Source: Neodothiora populina
Lineage: Eukaryota
Assembly (NCBI RefSeq): GCF_041146345.1
Contig: NW_027191405.1
Location: forward strand, 620,001 to 684,000
Direction of reading: 5' to 3'
DNA: 64,000 bases
The notes under the pieces are model-generated. The model saw only the letters and a list, made by a program, of their open reading frames with translations. It had not been told where the DNA came from and made no database searches. Each line of letters starts with the position of its first letter. Within the stretch, counting starts at the first letter, position 1. The position numbers and the translations under genes were made by a program. Shown one piece after another: positions 13,373 through 25,397 of the stretch.

Positions 13373-15202
13373 ATGCCTACTCTGGCATCGTTGGTGCTTA
13401 CAGCGCTGCCGTTTGTGCATCTTTCGTTTGCAGACCATGCTTTGTATAGCGGTTCAGACTACCAGAACCAGGCATACGGTCTCTACCCTAATCAATCTTA
13501 TCAGTCATCCAATCTGAGCACCCCAATCTTCCAAGTCAACACAGCGGCCACCGACGGTGCTTCCAACAACAGCCATGTCTTTATCAGTCCTAGAGGAAAG
13601 GCAGTCGGCCAGAGCAGTCCTATGATCTTCAACAGCAACGATCTAAGTCTTGTGTGGGCTGATCCGTCGTACGGGCAGACATTCGGAGTCAGAGTGCAGG
13701 ACTACAACGGGAAGGATTATATCACTTTCTGGCGGGGTGTAGTGAAATCGACTGGCTTCGGAACTGGCAGCTGTTACCTGCTCGATTCGTCTTACAAGAT
13801 CGCATACAACGTCACGACCAGTGGTCTGTCTGTCGGCAGCGATATTCACGAGTGCCAGCTCACAGACAAAGGCACTGCTCTGCTGACGGCATACGAGCCT
13901 ACCAGCTGGGACTTGTCAGAGTATGGCATCGACGACGGCTGGATCGCAGACTCTATTTTCCAGGAGGTTGACATTGCCACTGGAAACATGTTGTTCGAAT
14001 GGAGAGCATCGGACTATTATCCTCTGAACGCCTCGTACGCCGATCCCGGCTCCACTGGAATCAGTGCCGACAGCCCTTACGACTTCTTCCATATCAACAG
14101 TATCGAGAAGGACGACTCGGGCAACTACTTGATTTCCGCAAGACACGTCCACGCCATGACGTACATCAATGGCTCGAACGGTGATGTGATCTGGCACCTC
14201 GGAGGCAAGTTGAACGATTTCGAGGATCTCAGCAATGGCGACGCGACAAACTTCGCCTGGCAACACGATGCTCGCTGGATGAACTCGGACCTCACGGAGA
14301 TGACCTTCTTCGACAACGGCGCCGCAGACTGGGTTAACACAGAAGAGGCCACGCGTGGAATGTGGATCTCACTAGACTACAGCAACATGAGCGTGTCACT
14401 CATCCGCGCATACATGAGTCCAGAGAGTCTCCTATCAATATCCCAAGGCAGTGTCCAGCCGCTCTCTAACGGCAATATATTCATGGGATATGGCAGCGAC
14501 GCATCATTCCTCGAATACACCAAAGAAGGCGATGTAGTGTGGGACGTGCAATTCGGCATCAACGGCAACACATCCGTGCAGAGCTACCGCGCCTACAAGA
14601 TGAACTGGCAAGGTTTCCCGTCGTGGAGCCCCAGCATCGCAACAGCATCCACCGACGACAACAACAACAACGCAACAATCTACATGAGCTGGAACGGCGC
14701 CACAGAAATCCACACCTGGGCCCTGCTCGCCTCGAACTCGTCCTCTGCACAACTCATCAACGCCACTGACCTGTGGCGCGGAAATATCACCAAATCCGGC
14801 TTCGAGACCAACATCAGCATCGACACCTCGTCGTCCGGGGACCGCTACTTCCGCGCCGCAGCCGTCGATGCAGACGGCAAAGTCCTCGGCGCAAGCGGAA
14901 TCTTGAATCTCCAGGACGGGTCCGTGAAGGACGTGGATTCAGACGTTGATCTTAGCGTCGGTGGACCTTCTTCTTCGTCTGGAGACAAAAACGGTGGTGA
15001 CAGCAGCAGCAGCAGCAGCAGTGGTTCTTCTTCTACCTCTAGTGCATCTGGATCAGCGACTGCTGCGGCGTCGTCTGCATCTGCTACTGCTGATGGCAAG
15101 ACCAGTGGTGCTGGTGCTTCGTTCACGGCTGTCAGCGCTCCTCGGGTCCTGGCTGTCGTTTCTTCTCTGCTCGTCACATTTGCTCTTTCTGTCCGTTTGT
15201 AG
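13373..15202 (+). CDS. Secreted arylsulfotransferase (ASST / Arylsulfotran_2 family), 609 aa, Ser-rich tail and probable GPI signal
   Basis: Signal-peptide-like start MPTLASLVLTALPFVHLSFA. ASST motifs DIHE, DFFHINSIEK, YLISARH, FAWQHDAR, FFDN, SQGSVQ, SYRAYK, SWNGATE. Intronless. Confidence 0.9.
   Translation: MPTLASLVLTALPFVHLSFADHALYSGSDYQNQAYGLYPNQSYQSSNLSTPIFQVNTAATDGASNNSHVFISPRGKAVGQSSPMIFNSNDLSLVWADPSYGQTFGVRVQDYNGKDYITFWRGVVKSTGFGTGSCYLLDSSYKIAYNVTTSGLSVGSDIHECQLTDKGTALLTAYEPTSWDLSEYGIDDGWIADSIFQEVDIATGNMLFEWRASDYYPLNASYADPGSTGISADSPYDFFHINSIEKDDSGNYLISARHVHAMTYINGSNGDVIWHLGGKLNDFEDLSNGDATNFAWQHDARWMNSDLTEMTFFDNGAADWVNTEEATRGMWISLDYSNMSVSLIRAYMSPESLLSISQGSVQPLSNGNIFMGYGSDASFLEYTKEGDVVWDVQFGINGNTSVQSYRAYKMNWQGFPSWSPSIATASTDDNNNNATIYMSWNGATEIHTWALLASNSSSAQLINATDLWRGNITKSGFETNISIDTSSSGDRYFRAAAVDADGKVLGASGILNLQDGSVKDVDSDVDLSVGGPSSSSGDKNGGDSSSSSSSGSSSTSSASGSATAAASSASATADGKTSGAGASFTAVSAPRVLAVVSSLLVTFALSVRL
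15001..15020 (+). repeat. (CAG/AGC)n microsatellite encoding poly-Ser in the ASST linker
   Basis: cagcagcagcagcagcagca. Confidence 0.8.
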
Positions 15203-15617
15203 GGTTCCTCTGTCTGTATCATGTTGAGGGTTCTTCTTTTCTTTTTCCATTAGCGGGATCTTCGTTCGTATTTGCATGGATGAGAGGTCGATATTCTTAT
15301 TCTCGGTCGCATATAGTATGGCGTGTACGTTTACTGGAACATGTACATAATAATTTGCATTAATGGACCTACATACCTAGTCTCAGAGGTTGTAATAACG
15401 GACGCCATGTCCAGATTATACAGTATATCTCAAGGTCTTCAGAGACTGAAAGCCTGATGAGAAGTGTGTACTACGTTGCCATCACAGGTTATACATTGCT
15501 TCACATGACTACCAAAGCCGAAGTTTTTGTTGTTGATATAGTGTTCATGCTTCGTATCTCATGTATGTAAATTAGAAATAAATAAAACCTGGTCTGAATT
15601 GGCAACTTTGGGGTCTG

Positions 15618-17167
15618 CTACGATGTCCGCCGATCACTAGGGATCCAGATTTCTGTGCCCAGGCCTCCGATGCCATTACATGTTCCGTCCCAGATCCCGC
15701 CCAAGTCGCTGTCGTTTCGCTCAATCGTGATGGCTGCGAGTCGAGCACTCGCGCTCGAGACGCCTGCTTCTGTGCTTGTGCCGTCCCAGATGCCGCCGTT
15801 CAGTGGCAGGCAGGGCTCGCTCGTCTGTTTCAGATCCATACTCGACAGGGGCTCGCTCGTGCAAGTGATTGTCACGCTCCGAAGGATGCTCTTGGGGTCT
15901 TGTTTGATTGGGACTTCGTCTGATTTCCTCGTCGTTTTCGGATCGCGCACATTCATCGCTCCCATCGTGTCTGCTTGCGTCGTTGACGTGCTCTGAGACG
16001 TTGTTGTGCTTCGAGACGTTGTTATGCTCTGGGACAGTCCTGCTGTGTTCCCCGTCGACGTCTTTTCGATTGCGATGAAGTGAGACTTGCTCTCGTCGCT
16101 GTTGACGAGGGTGTCGGTGCCGTCGCTGCAGCACATCTCGACGTCTCTGCTGTGGCTGCGGAACTCGAAACTGGGTACGTCGTCTGGCCCAGATGCCGGC
16201 TCATCACTCGCTTTGGGGAAAATGTTCCTGAACAGATGGTGCTTCTTCATGCGCTTGTAAAATGTGACAATAGTGGATCGCCAACAGGGTATACTGGCAC
16301 ACATGATGCCGATATTGACCTCTGTAGAGGAGATGATGGCCGGAAGACCATTGTCTAGCGCCACATCGGCTGCAACGGCTATATCGTAAAGGATGTGCAA
16401 ACGTATAATGGTGATAAGGCATGCGATGGAGCCTAACCCAAAGACCGATATTAATTCCAGACGTTGGCGCCGGGGCAGCTTCAAGCTGCTGACAACTGGC
16501 ATGGGAAGAATCAAGATGGCCAAGTCACTGAATAAAGCGAGGCCTGCAGCTGTGAACCAGACTAGCATATTAGAAAGGCAGTGACCTTTTACTCGAATAT
16601 CCCAGGAGGCTCGTATTGGCGTGCATGCCAGCGCGCATAATAAGATGCTGCCTATGCCTTTTTGTTCGTCAGCATGTGCGACACAACTCTTAGTATCTGG
16701 AAAAGTCTTACTAGCTACTGCTACGAAGACTATCAACGAATAGGTGAGTATGCGCGTTTTACGGCCGCGGAAAAATCGGAGATATAGGAACAATATAGAG
16801 AGTTTTGTGGATGTCAAGGCACCGATATACACTATGACACTCTGATATAGTTTTAATACGAGGGCTTCAACATTGGCCAGTGGCAGCTGGCTTGTTGGTG
16901 TGCCTTGACCGAGTGAGACTTGTTTGATCAGCATACTGACCTGTCCCGTGGATAAAATCTGACAGAGAACAGTGAGCAAAACCACAGAATAAGATCATAT
17001 CGGGCTTTGCCTACTATAGCAATCATGATCAAATAATCATCAATGCCTGCACTTCGGAGGACTGCAAATCGTATAATGAGCCGCCCAGCCACAGTGATCA
17101 TGGCCAGCAGCAGCATCGTCGTCGTGACGATGATTTGTGTTTTACCATCGGGCTGACCGGAACCCAT
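15618..17167 (-). CDS. PTH11-like integral membrane protein (fungal rhodopsin-like domain, no CFEM)
   Basis: GRLIIRF...GIDDYL, TKLSILFLYLRFF, CTPIRASWD, SDLAILILPMP, EVNIGIMCASIP. Introns 17014-16959 and 16711-16658. Confidence 0.9.
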
Positions 17168-18534
17168 GGTGAAGCCGAACCTCGAACCTTGGGAGAACCT
17201 TCAGGAAATCATTTGATTCATGATGCGAGGGAATCGTAAGGTAGTATATTTGACCCCAAAATGAGGAGCTAACATGACGGGGTGACACTCGCGAGTTCAC
17301 AGGGTCTATGTGAACCCAGGTCCATGGCGTCGAAGGTCTCAAACAGCCGTGGAGGCGTTGCAGGAATCACTTGCAACGGTGTTTGGCGCTGTCTCATATA
17401 CATGTGGGATTGTATCCGCTGAGGAGTGTACACAACAACGGCCTGACGTGGCCAAGAGCTCGAGAAGTCAATTTTGGCCGTGAGGTAATGACCACAATTC
17501 ACATTCAGTGTGATATCATACTCATGATATGAGAGTCGGTGCGAATTCATGCACCGAATGTGGAGCGACACATGGTCATAGAAAAATATAGCTTACCTGA
17601 CTTTATCCGATTGAGGAGTCGAGGTCTATCCAGCCGCGTTGTGGTCATATCTTACATGGCATTGCAGCTACCAAACGGTGAAGCAACGAACGTTGCAACA
17701 TTGTCTTACAACTTGTCATCCTTACCCACGAAAAGCTGCAAGACAGACTCCAGGAAGATCGTGGCAGTCTAGATTATACGGACGTATGGTCTCTCAGTCC
17801 TAAGCGAAGGTACGCGTGTTGGTTTGGTATCGCCTCTACTCAAGTTGCAGAATGTGAGGTAGAATAAGTAAATTCTAACGCACCAAATTCATCTTGGTCA
17901 CAGGCCGTGAAGCCGTACGCCTCCGGATCTGGTACTAATGTCACGCCATCCTACAGAGTGCCATGAAAATCTACGGCTTGCCTTGGATCGAACAAAACAG
18001 TCTCGCGTCGCATGGTTTACGATTTCGAGTTCTCTCCGGCTTAATGATTGTGTACTTTCCCAATGAGTCGCGAGCCTCTTACCGAGCTGGAACTGAATCG
18101 CACATGCCACTACGCCCCGTTGGGAGGAGATCGTGAATTTTTGTCTCAAGACTTCGGTACTCCATTCGGTTCGACAAGGAACCATCGTCAATCTTTTTAT
18201 TGACGGGACACGAGAAGCTTATGCCTCTCCCACATCGGACTGATGCCCGTCAGTCCTCGATACGCGCACCAGTTCTGTAGGCGTGAGTGTACATACTGGC
18301 ATTTCTGCCGCCCCCGAGCGGTAGGTACCTCAGGTTAGTGGTAGGAGGCGTTCCCATCGCCAAGACGAGATCAAGTGGCACGAGCTTAGAAAGCAAGGCC
18401 GTTACAGTGACCCGACAGCATAACCCGTAGACCCTGCCGTGTTACCTTGCATCATCCATGTGGTCAAATTTCGTGGTGAGAAGGCATTGATATGCAAACG
18501 TCGAAGTTTACCAGAAGCCAGTCTGCACACAGCT

Positions 18535-21062
18535 ATGGAAGAAAACGATGCGCTTCCGAGGAAACGACCACGGATCAATCGTGCCTGTGCTGCATGTCGC
18601 AGACGCAAGATAAAATGCGATGGTTCGCAGCCTTGCAAGGCATGCACAACCAATGAACTGAGTGGGGCTGCGCCAAATCTGCTTGCAACCGCATATAGAA
18701 AACTGATGTGAAAATAGTCTGTTCGTACGATGAGGATGAAAGGCGCAGAAATGGGCCCGAGTATATTCAGACGCTTGAGAAGAAAGTGGAAGAGCTCGAA
18801 TTGCTACTTGGCCATCAACCCCATAGATCTGACCGTGGGGGAAGTCTTGGTAGGTATAGCAGCATGGGCCACAGTAACAGGTACAACAGCGATATGAGTA
18901 GCAAAGCGTCTTCTACCCAGCGTGGGATGAGCAGGACCCAGAGCAGTGGCTTCAATAGCCACTCTTCTTCTGTCCGACCATCTCCATCACGTCGTCGGTC
19001 ACAGACGTCAAAACAATCCTACGACGACGATGTTGTAGAAGCCATGGGTGGCACATCAGAAAACGAATCATCGTCGGAGGAGCGATACTGGGGCCACTTT
19101 GGTGGTCTGAGCCTTCTGCAAAGAATGCGAAAGCTTTGTAGTTCGGTCGCTGGAATGCATCAGTCCTCGCAGGGAGACTCTGTCGAGGATGACTTTGTCA
19201 GCGCCTTCGACTCCGCCTCCCCAGCAAACGGTAGTTCTGGTTCTTGGGATGCTTTCGCAATCCTACCGTCGAGAGACAGACTTATGGAGTGTATCAACAT
19301 CACGCTTGAACAAGCATGCTGCTTGCTTGACTTTATTGACAGGTCGTCGGTAGAGGGCATCGTGCGCCACATCTACGACACAGACTCATTCGACTATACG
19401 GCTCAAGACCGGAAAATGCTTGCTCTGCTATTCGCAATGATGGCTGTGGGGCGACGATTCGAAGTGGAGAATGGTGATTCGACAAAATTGAAGAATAATA
19501 TTTCGAAAGGGTCAGTCCCTGAAAACTTCTTTCCTCATATAGAATCGAAGCTTACAGCTAGCAGGTTACGGTACTTTCGCGCTTCTAGAAGCATACTGGA
19601 CGTGGCGGACTGTCACGATATAATTTCACTACAGACTGTCTTGTGTCTGGTGATTTATCTCCAGGCCTCGTCGATGCTTTCGACCTGTTATTCTTACATA
19701 TGCGCTGCTGTAGCTGCGTCTTTACGGATGGGACTACACTCGCCGGCTATACTCGAGACTCTCTCTCCAGATCAACGCAGAATTCGACGTTGCATATTCT
19801 CGGTCATCAACATTATGGACACTTACGTCACAACGTCATTAGGCTTGCCGCGGACTCTCAGGGACGTCGACTCCGAGTCTGTTGTCCCTATACCACAGCC
19901 CTCAGACAGCTTTACTCCTGTCTCGTTCTTCCTTCCAGAAGACGCTGACATATCATTGACTGCCACAAATGCGCATGCCAAGCTCATACATATCATGGCA
20001 AGGGCAATCGACTCTCACCACCCCCTCAATCGACCCCCGTGCCAGCAAAATGGCTTCTATACCGTCGAGTATCATAGGATTGTTGCTGTTGAAGAAGAAC
20101 TTGAAGCATGGTACAATGCTTTACCTGCGTCGTTGACTTTCGACTCGAACGACGACATACACAAATTAAGGTTCGTTCAATCGGTACAACACTAGTGTAA
20201 CGATCCCTAGCATTCACATAAGCACCGGGCAGAGCAGCACAATGAGGCTCGTGTTGAAAGTCATTGGCCAGTCTGAAAGCTAATATGTCTTCCCAGGTGC
20301 CAACTCTTGCTCCGCATGGCCTATGCGCACGTGCAAATGGTTCTCTACCGTCCATTTCTACATCATGCGGCGAAGATTATCAGACCCGCCCGCGAAGTGC
20401 GCTACAAATCATATGCGTGTGGCTCGGCTTGCGTTAAGGCGGCGATGCAAGTCGCTTGGCTAGCTGAGGCTCTAGAGGTGCGAGGTCTGTTCAATGAAGC
20501 GTGTTGGTTTGTCGCATTAGGGGTATCGTTCGCCGCCACTATACTGATGCTCTTCGTCTTGAGCAATGAAGGAAACGACACGATCAAAGCTGAAGCGGAG
20601 GCGGCGGAGAAACTCAAAAATCTACTTATGAGACACGCAGATCGCAGTCTCTCGGCTCGCCGCAGCTCGAAATTCTTGCAAGTAGGTCCACCGTATCATT
20701 TGACGTTGCAGGCAGCTTTGCTGCGACACATTGCACTTCGCATTCCTTCCTTTAGACCTGCCAAGATCCGACCACATTCTGTACAAAGTGCTGATAAACG
20801 TCCCCTTCCGCAGGAACTGATCGACACCAAGCGAAAGGGCACGAAGCACCCATATGACGACTTGTCTGGTTACACAGACGAGACGTTCCGCACACCTCGG
20901 GATCCTCGCACGGAGGGTAGCCAGCAAGAGCAACACGAAGACACTCACGATCAAGACGTTACAATGAATGCCGAGACGCGGACCGAAGAAGGGCAACAAC
21001 CAACGCTCCAGGCCCTGTCATATCCCCGTATGCACCCCTACCTGGACGACATGACATTATGA
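18535..21062 (+). CDS. Zn(II)2Cys6 transcription factor with fungal-specific TF domain (ASG1-like)
   Basis: RACAACRRRKIKCDGSQPCKACTTNELIC; middle homology region SLRMGLH...RRCIFSVINIMDTYVTTSLGLP; YAHVQMVLYRPFLH. Introns 18662-18717, 19511-19564, 20171-20296, 20682-20813. Confidence 0.92.
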
Positions 21063-21988
21063 TCTCTGAAATTTTGTGTGTGAAATCTAGCTATGTCACA
21101 GCACTTTGATGTGAATCAACTCGACTTCTGAATTAGATACCCCATTTTCTTTCTCCCGGTTGGGCCCTTCGCTTTGGTTTTCCTTATTCTTGGGCTCGAA
21201 CCTGTACAATCACGATTCAAGAACATATCTCCGAAGAATCATTTCATTTCTCTAGACGGGTCACCGGCGTGCGATACCATTCAGGTACTGTCGTAGCTCT
21301 TGATTTTACTACATTATACTTCAATAGATGAGTTTTGTATATTGCAGGAGCACGATTATGGAAGTTAACACAGGAAATCGTTGGACAATCAAGACTACAA
21401 TACACTGGCCCGCTGCTTTTGGTCTGTACACTCACATCTGAGCACAGCGTGAGCGTCGTAATTGTGTCACAGCAACAGCCGTCTTGCCCCTCCGTGTTGA
21501 CTTCAATCCAAACAATCCCCAAGGACGCGTCCCTGCTCTGTGCTAACAATTGCTAGCACAGTGGTCGATCATTATTCACAGCCAACTGATGCGCTTGCAG
21601 GTACAAGTGCAGGCGGCAGAAGTGGGCGAAGTGGGGCATATCGTGGGAAGCAATCGCAGTAAAGTGCGTCAGATGCAGGACAAGGCTTCCGTATGCGGTA
21701 ATCTGTGCTATGGGAGGTGCAGTGCTCGAATCCGATTTGATAGTGGAGTTTGGGATGGAGGAATATGCCTGCTGGGACGACTTGTCAATTGGTTCGTCGT
21801 GACACGAAAGGTACTGCGAAAAACACATAAACAATGACTTGCGAGATTGTCCTTTGCTCTATGGTGTTATTGATTCTATATACGGTATATTGTGGCGGTG
21901 GTGGCTAGCATCTCTCACGGAGACCCATTATCGCCTAGCGGAGATACAATAGAGTGCACTCGCACTATAACAAGACAGTGTTACGGAT

Positions 21989-22013
21989 GGGCAAGGGCAA
22001 GGGCAAGGGCAAA
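21989..22013 (+). repeat. (GGCAAG)~4 hexanucleotide microsatellite
   Basis: ggcaagggcaagggcaagggcaaag in intergenic DNA upstream of RAD23. Confidence 0.75.
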
Positions 22014-22473
22014 GCTACTGTAGAGGTAAGCAAACTCGCGAGCAAAACAGTGGCTCGAGGTGGAATCCAGCCCAGGGCGAGGCGCGAGACAAGCAAAGCC
22101 CAATGGCTGGTGCACGGACCTATGTTTGTTGGTGGTGGGCGTGCACCAGTTTGGCAGTTAGCAGTCAGAAGCAGCAGGAGCAGTAGCAGGAACAGCAGGA
22201 GCAGCAGCGACTTGTGAATGACGCTTCAGCCTTCCACAAGCTCATCATTACCTTACTTACATCCGCCACATCTCCCTCTATCACTTCACCACGACAATAA
22301 AAGCTGCATTGTTATCTGCTTTCATCAAATTCTCTCCTCACACGCCTTTTTGGTTCACTTCTTCCATTAAATCAGGCCTTCGTCCATAACTCTAGCCGGC
22401 GACACAATCTCCAAACACATATTTATTTCTACCACCCACTGCTCGCTCCCTGCAGGGCAAAGACTACGCAACC

Positions 22474-23930
22474 ATGAAGCTTACTTTCAAGGTGCGTATC
22501 ATCATCACATCAAATAGCCCATCGCTGTTCACCAACTAATAGCCCTTCAGGATCTCAAGCAACAGAAGTTTGTGATAGAAGCCGAACCTTCGGAAACGGT
22601 ATGTTTTGCAGCAGCCCCGCACTCCCAACTGAAGCACAGAGAGGAGGGGCAAACAGGCAGAAACTGACGTTTTTCTTTCAGATCGGCCAAGTCAAAGAGA
22701 AGATCGCATCGGAGAAGGGATGGGAGGCATCGACTCAGAAGCTCATCTACTCTGGTCCGCCGCTGATTTTCTTCTCTATTAGCGACTGTCGACTCTAACG
22801 TGACTTCTTTTTCAGGCAAGATTCTACAGGATGACAACACGGTCGAGTCATACAAGATCGAGGAGAAGGGCTTCATTGTCTGCATGACACAAAAGGTTCG
22901 AGCAAGAAGAGGACACTGTCCTGTGCGTTCCCATGTGACCGCAGTTCTCACACGAATTGTAGCCCAAAGCCGCTCCTAAGCCAGCTGCCGCCGCTCCAGC
23001 TGCCCCAGTGCCCTCCACTCCCGCTCCTGCCACCACTGCAACACCTGCTGTTCCTGCCGCACCCCAGTCAAGCAACACAAATACTCCCGCCGCCCCTGCC
23101 ACGCCGTCGCCTGCTGGATCCGCCGAGCCAGCTCGCTTCAACGACCCATCTGCTCTCGCTCTAGGCGAGCAGCGCAACGCTGCCATCTCCAACATGGAGG
23201 CCATGGGCTTCCCTCGTGCCGACATTGATCGTGCCATGCGCGCCGCCTTCTTCAACCCAGATCGTGCAGTCGAGTATCTGTTGAATGGCATTCCCGAGAG
23301 CGCATTGCGCGAGGAGAGACCCGCACAAGCACAAGCCCCGACGTCGCCGGCTCCTGCTACCGGCAACACCGGTGGAGCCCCCGCTGCTGGTGGAGAGGAA
23401 CCTGTGAACCTGTTCGAGGCCGCTGCTCAGGCTGGACAAGGGCGTGGTGGTGGAGCCACTCGTGGTGCTGCCGCCGCACCAGCTGGTCTTGACGCCGGTG
23501 TGGGTGGCGATCCTCTCGAGTTCCTCCGCAACAACCCTCAATTTCAGCAACTCCGCCAGATCGTCCAGGCCCAGCCCCAGATGCTCGAGCCCATTCTCCA
23601 GCAGGTCGCCGCAGGTAACCCTCAAATCGCGCAACTCATCGGTCAGAACCCTGAGCAATTTATGCAACTACTTGCCGAGGATGTTGATGACGATGCTGCT
23701 CTGCCCCCTGGCGTTCAGCAGGTCAGCGTGACTGAAGAGGAGAGAGAAGCCATCGAGAGAGTAAGTTGTAGTCCTTTTCCACTCCACTTTTACCTCGCTG
23801 ACCTTTACAATAGCTCTGCCGCCTTGGTTTCGAGCGTGATATGGTCATCCAAGCATACTTTGCTTGTGACAAGAACGAGGAGCTAGCAGCGAACTTCTTG
23901 TTCGACCAGCCTGATGAGGGCGATGATTAG
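22474..23930 (+). CDS. RAD23: UV excision repair / proteasome shuttle protein Rad23 (6 exons)
   Basis: UBL MKLTFKDLKQQKF...[44 protein letters not shown]-binding [13 protein letters not shown]-terminal [17 protein letters not shown]. Introns 22492-22550, 22599-22681, 22756-22815, 22896-22962, 23761-23813. Confidence 0.97.
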
Positions 23931-25397
23931 GGAAACAGCCCGATAGTGTTGAAATAACGCAGGTACGAATGTTGGCTAATGCCGAAAGAAAGATTCACAT
24001 GCCGAGCCATAATGATGGATTCGGGAGCGCTCGTTGAGGGGTCTGAGTGGTAGTCTCGCTCTCCTAAAGTCTGCACATCTGAAAGGCCACGTGAAATGAT
24101 GCTCGAGACAACAATTGAATTGCAGAACGATTTTCCATAATACCCAGCTTCACGAACTACCTCGCGTGCTGCGAACCACTCTCACGTATAAATATACACA
24201 TATATACTCGATTCTGACGCCTTGCATTAGCAACCATTATGAGCTTTCAGGTGCATATGATTGAACGTCGGAGATGGAACGAGTCGGGCATGGCATAGTA
24301 ATGGGTCGTAGTATATCTTGACCAATGGGAAATTAAATCGTTTCATCGTAGTTTATTTGATCATCTGCTGCATGCGCTTACATTTCTGACCGCGCTTCCT
24401 AGATGTGTAGAGTCCGAGATCACCGCCCGGCGTCCACACACCTTCACCTGAGGTGGTATACGTGTTACGTTGATATGGAAAAGGACCCAGGTTCGCTTGC
24501 TATAGGACTATTATATGCGTGGGAGTGGTCGCCAATCAATGCGGTAAAGGTAGACGATCTAAGCGGGACTGACGACATGCATCGCCACCGTTCTCCGTCC
24601 GTCGGCTTGGTCGGTTACTAACGTTAGCGGCCGTAGCTTAATTCTGATTGGCCAGCGCTAAATGGCCATTCGTGGACGTGGTAGAGTATGCTCACTACCT
24701 ATTGAAAGAACCTGCCTGCTCTTATTGTTCAATAGCACTGGCGCAGGTGTTGTCGCCTCATCGTATCTCTGTACTTCTTCTGTCTCGTGTCTTTTCTTCT
24801 TGACGTATGATATTCTAACCGCGACCGCCATTCCCGTATCGCGGACTCTTTTATCGCGAGCGCGAAATCAGGGTTTGCAAAAGGATATTGGAGCAGCATT
24901 CCTCCTGTACTATTTGTTTTTCTATCCTCGACTGTAAGTTCGAAACTATCAATACCTGTACATCTGTGTCCTTCCCTTGCTCGCTATCAGCATCAAGATT
25001 TTCGTGTTCGCAGGGCAGTCCTTGGACCATGATCATGTGCCAGCGTCATAAACAAACCGCACGGCCAGTTGCATTGACATTTCGAATAGTCCCTTTTGCC
25101 ATTTTCTGAGATTCTTGTTTCACTTGTATAGCTTCTAGTGTAAGATACCCCGTGGTACTGCGCTGCTTTTAGACTTGTCGTCTGTTGCACTGTCACTTCT
25201 CTTTGTTTTCTATGGTTCAATGTACAGATCCCGGGACTAATTGGTCGGACAGTGGGACCTGATTTTACCATCCATCCATCATATAAGAGACCTTCTGACT
25301 GAAGTCTGAGACACACCTGACATCACTTGTAAGTCTATGAGATCTGAGTGATGTCCCGCACTGCCCGCTAATAGTATAAATCGACAGGCATGTGGAC

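Noticed and set aside
23963..23990. GTACGA...GCTAAT...AAG as a RAD23 3'UTR intron
   Set aside because: Under 30 nt, too short compared with all other introns in the window.
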